Assembly (NCBI GenBank): GCA_012295275.1
Contig: CM022675.1
Location: forward strand, 13,764,001-13,828,000
Reading direction: 5' to 3'
Length of the DNA stretch: 64,000 nt
From: Chrysomallon squamiferum
Taxonomy: Eukaryota > Animalia > Mollusca
Position numbers and translations under genes: made by a program. Shown in pieces: positions 27,863 through 64,000 of the stretch (positions are counted from its first letter, which is position 1; every line of letters begins with the position of its first letter). The notes beneath the pieces are model-generated. The model ran no database searches. It saw nothing but the letters and a program-made list of their open reading frames with translations, and was not told the DNA's origin.

Positions 27863-29105
27863 CAGGTTAAACGTGTTGACGCTTGTGTTGTTATCAAAGA
27901 CAATCGGAAATCTGAACCTGCTTTGTTAGAGAAAATTGTTGTTACACATGTATTGAAGATAACATGGTATCAAACAGTAGATCACATTTCAGTCAAACTT
28001 CAGTTTTTTATTATCACACCAAATCTTTTACAATAGGTGTGTGTGTATGTGTGTGTTTGTGTGTGTGGGTACCTAGGTGTTATTTTTAAAATTTATTTTG
28101 TATCCTTCAATACTGCTGCTCACAAACAAAAACGTACATTAGTATGTATTATATTGTAGGTATCTTATGTATATGTGTTGTAGGTTTGTGTTATGTATAT
28201 CTGTTGTATGTAACTGTTATATCATATATATATATATATATATGTTGTAGGTGTATTTTATGTATATGTATAGTGGGTGTGTGTTATCTATGTGTTATAG
28301 GTGTCTGTTATGTATATATGTATGTAAGTGTATGGTATGGAAACTCTTTTTACGTGCCCACGTCCAATTCAAGGTTCAGGCACGCCTATCACGGATCCGA
28401 TCTCTGGGATCGCCAGGGATGGGTTCCGTGACAGGAGAGTGTTTAAGTGTTGTGGATGTCTGTTCGTTATATTTGTTATACGTGTTTCTTCTCTACGTTT
28501 GTTGCAGGTGTCTGATGTACGACATGTCGACTTTTGTAAATCTGTATGTAGGCTTGTATCTGCATGTGCGTGTGTGTTTTAAAATGTGGGCTCATGCACA
28601 TTTTTCAGTTTGCTTATAATGTTATGCATACGCATATATTCAGTGTGCATGCGCGTACATATGTGTATGTGTGAACCAGTGTACCTGTAAGTTTAAAATT
28701 TAGTACTTTCAGGTGTTACAAAACGATGTAAGTAATACTCGGTTCCACACTGAATACTGTCTATACCCCTTTGTGTTCTAATCGCCAGTGACCTTTGACT
28801 CATTCTTTGTATGACAATGTACCACGAAACTGTCGGGTAGATGTAACCTATTTTAGTAACCAATAAACACTGTGCCTTCACTTCCTAGTTGACTATCCAG
28901 CCTGAGTTTATTTCTACAGTACCAGGCGTCTAACTCTGTCACACTGTCTTGTGGAGATGTCTGGCTATTATTGTAATATCTGCGATTCAGACTTGGTGTT
29001 TGCTGTGTTACCTCATACAGGTAGGTTTGCTCTGAGGTAACCGTCAGGTAAGTAGCAAAGCTTTAAAATACCTTACTTTAAATACGTGTAAAGTTGATAG
29101 ATGAT

Positions 29106-29136
<31 letters not shown>

Positions 29137-30040
29137 GTTAGTTGTTTAGTTAATTGGTTAATTTGTTAGTTAAACATGAGCTTTCTGAAATATATTTTCA
29201 CACATATTCATGTACATTTAAATATTTCAACTTCATTAAAAAAAATAATAATAATAAAAAATTACTTTTCAGTCAGTTAATCATATTCCTCCATTTTGCT
29301 CAAATGTTTTGTTTTGTGTTTTGTTGCTGTTGTTATTGTTCTTCTTTTATTTTAACAGAATCGTTTTGCTTTTTTTTTCTTTGCTTTTTTTCGGACAATG
29401 GCAATTTACAGTAAAATTCGTTTTAATATATATAAAAGGTGCATCGGATATTTATCAAATATTCTGTAAGTATTTTTGCAGTAGAGCTTATTTCGTAGGT
29501 AAGCATCACGGTATTTTATAATTAAGCTTATTTTGCTATTTTTAGACGCAAGATGGTAAGTATGGTTCAGCTAATTTGCTACAAGCTTCTGTCACGATTC
29601 GTTTATTTATTTATTTATTTATTCATTCATTTATTTATTCATTCATTTATTTATTTATTTATTTATTTATTAAACTGCTGTTTCTTAATTATTATTATTA
29701 TTAATGTTATTGATTTACTAACTGAAATTTAAAAATGCTTGACATATTTATTTTGTATTTGTAAAGGGTCACATTAACTGTACACAAAAACTCCATGTAT
29801 AACTTGTACTATTTTCTATCTAACCGCGTATTTATTGGTTTTAATTACTAGTTTTAGTGACCACTAACATCTGAGTTCCTTAAATACTAATTTACTTACA
29901 TACTAACGTACTTAGCATTATAACATTTATATTATTGTTATTGCAATTATTGCTTTTATTATGAGAGTTATTGTTATGGATATCATCATTATTCTTATTG
30001 TTACTATTGTTAATTTCATTACTGATTTTATTACGGTGAA

Positions 30041-30134
30041 TTACAAGCTACTGAAAAATTCGGGCGAACTACAAGCTACAGAAAAATTCGGGCGAGCTAC
30101 AAGCTACAGAAAAATCCGGGCGAGCTACAAGCTA
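30041..30134. repeat. 27-bp tandem repeat, about 3.5 copies (tacaagctacagaaaaattcgggcgagc)
   Basis: Seen directly. Confidence 0.9.
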
Positions 30135-30294
30135 AAAAAATAAATAAATAAATAAATAAATAAATAAATACAAAAATAAAAAAACATTGGGTTTACACTA
30201 GTTGTAAAAGATCAAGGCTCATATTTAACACACTTGTTTTGTTGTTTTATTACTGTAATCGAACTAATTTATTTCTTTTAAATTATTTTAAAAG

Positions 30295-61503
<31,209 letters not shown>

Positions 61504-62924
61504 TCAAATCTGAACATTTGTTCTGGACTGCGAAAATATCAAGTTGTCACAAACATATAATCTCATCAATTTAGCACTCTCATCAAAAATGAATAGTTAT
61601 CCTATAATAGTGTTATTTAATACTACCATATAGCATTGTTAAAATAAGTTACCATGAGCCTACACTGCATCAACATTACTCTATACCTGATGTATCAACA
61701 GTTCCCTTACTTAATAAAGGACCTCATCACTTTACAAAATAAGCAGTATTAATAGAAAATAAGTGTTTGTTTGTATTTAACCTTGAACGAGAACTGATAA
61801 AATAAGTTACAAAGAGCTGACATTGTACCAACTTGCTTTATGTAATAGAGGACCTCTTCATTTTATTTAGTAAGCAGCATTGTATCTAACCTTGCACCAG
61901 TACTGATAATATATCTACAATCGTTATCTATATTTTTGTCAGTTTTCATGTCTTTCACAAAGTACTAATAATAAAGAAATGTAGAATGTGTGTTGTAAAT
62001 AATAATAATAATAATATATGTATAAAAAAAGAAAACTGAAAAAAAAAAAGTAAAAAATTAATATACTTTAACATTTCTTTAGTTATTTTTCTATATATAT
62101 TTTTTAGACTAGTAACATTTTTTTAGATTCTCGGAATTGTCTGGTGATATCTATACATTTTGTTTACTTCTCATTTATTTTGTAAATAACAGAAATCAGG
62201 TAATTTGTGTAGCCAAGATGTTTTAAAAAGAATAAAATTACCATTTTGTTCTGTTTTCTCATTGTCAATTTTATGTTTCCAAATTTTATTTCAAAGTTAA
62301 TTTATTTAACACACAAATGCCCACATATACATATTAACTAAACAAAATGAATAATAATAATAATTGCATATGCATGGTAACAAAGATTGTTTGAGTGTTA
62401 ATATTTAAAAGTATAGTTGTAGAAGAAACAACACAAAGACAAACAGCCAAACAACCATGTCTTTATTGACATAAACGTGAAAAAAATATGCATTAAATTT
62501 CTAATTGCAACATGATGCAAAACTCCATTAAGCTACGATCATTGCTACAATCCATTAAATACTTGATACCTTTGTCACAAAACTCTTCTCTCTGCTTGCC
62601 TGAAATCAATCTACACAGACACTAACAAATGGCAAAAATAAATATATAGTAATAATAATAAAAGGAAAAACAAGGAAAAATAGAGCATCTGAACATGCCA
62701 GCACTGTATCATAAACAAAAATCTATCACATTTCAACAGAATCGATTTTTTTTAAAAATATATTGGAATTGATTCCCATCATAAGCATCTATTAAGCATA
62801 TTTTGTTGTTCTGGTGTTTCAGTGAACTAAAACGAGATAAGCTACCAAATTTTCTCAGTCTATTCCTTCAGTTGACTCTGCCTCAGAACCAATCATCACT
62901 CTCATTCTTTATCAAATGAACGAA

Positions 62925-63225
62925 AACAATAATTATATAATGCAACTGATTTTGTTATGATTAGAACCTATGCAATTAAAACAATAATTACATAATGTGC
63001 AATGCAATTGATTTTATTATGATTAGATCTACGAAATACAATCAAAACAGTAATTTGCGTGCAATGCAACTGATTTCATTATGATTGGAACTAAGTAGTA
63101 AAATTAGAACAATAATTACGTAGTGTGCAATGCAACAGATTTTGTTATGATTGGACCTACAGCAGTGTACAATTAAAACAGTAATTACGTAGTGTGCAAT
63201 GCAACTGATTTTATTATGATTGAAA
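62925..63225. repeat. Degenerate ~60-65-bp tandem repeat (aattacgtagtgtgcaatgcaactgattttattatgatt)
   Basis: About 5 copies. Confidence 0.8.
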
Positions 63226-64000
63226 TTGGAGAAAAATTTATGATTTAAAATACTCATAATGATCACTGCAGCCATCTTTTCCTTTCTGTAACATTCCTGA
63301 ATCCAAACAAAAATCTCTTCTCTATCAGAACAACATGATTTGTTATCTGAAACTTGGAGACAAAGTCAGATGCAAAGACAGATGCAAAGACTAACTCATG
63401 ATGTTTTTATCATCCTTCATATTGCTTGCTATACAGTATTCCTTAGGGCTTATATATTTCATGGAAATCTTGTTAGATTTGGAGAAACCAGAGGAAAAAT
63501 AATTAAAGAATGTTTATAAACAGTTCTATATGCAAACAGCCAACAGTAATATGTTATTGTAATAGTGATTCTTTTTTTTTCTTAAATTAAACAAGATGTT
63601 TATGTTGTATATAATAATAATAATAATTTCACAATGGTATTTATGATGCTAGCATCTATTCAAAGTATTTATTAACAAATCTGTTACAGTCAATCTGTCT
63701 GACAATCAATAATCCAGTTCATTAGGAATTGTGTTACATTTTTCATCTTCCTATAACTCTGATGGTTTGTTTTTTGTATGAGTAATAATAACAATAATTA
63801 AAACAATAATACTAATAATACCACTACTACTAATAATAAATATAACAGAAATTAAAGTATATAACTGTACAGTATTCTTACCATTGTAAAATAATTTATT
63901 ACTACCGTTTCCTAAAGGAAAAAATAAAAAAAATAAAAATTAGGATATTGTAAGCAGAATAAGATAGAGTTAACTGGATAACTGGATTAGTGATGGTTAA

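Overview
AT-rich, microsatellite-dense metazoan genomic DNA, probably a mollusc judging by the 18S and 5S fragments (inference). Most long ORFs in the supplied track are simple-repeat artefacts; the real genes are spliced and I assembled them by hand from GT-AG boundaries and intron phase. (1) A tandemly duplicated minus-strand gene for a small secreted Cys-rich protein (signal peptide, 2 EGF-like and 2 ShK-like modules, 167 aa). The complete copy is at 9471-13463 and a damaged copy runs off the left edge. (2) Between the copies, a rearranged block with a degraded 18S fragment, flanked by an inverted repeat carrying 5S rRNA 5' halves, plus an orphan SLC23 exon split by a 290-bp inversion. (3) A 4-exon gene for a 112-aa His-rich secreted protein (18060-20045, minus). 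(4) A 2-exon gene for a 399-aa RRxS-rich protein (22424-25411, minus). (5) A plus-strand non-classical cadherin of at least 24 exons (about 30295-61503, about 1870 aa), with one +1 frameshift and an intronic Sola2-like DNA transposon. The most striking pattern is that in three unrelated genes many intronic minisatellites are built from copies of the adjacent exon-intron junction, giving arrays of up to dozens of decoy splice sites.
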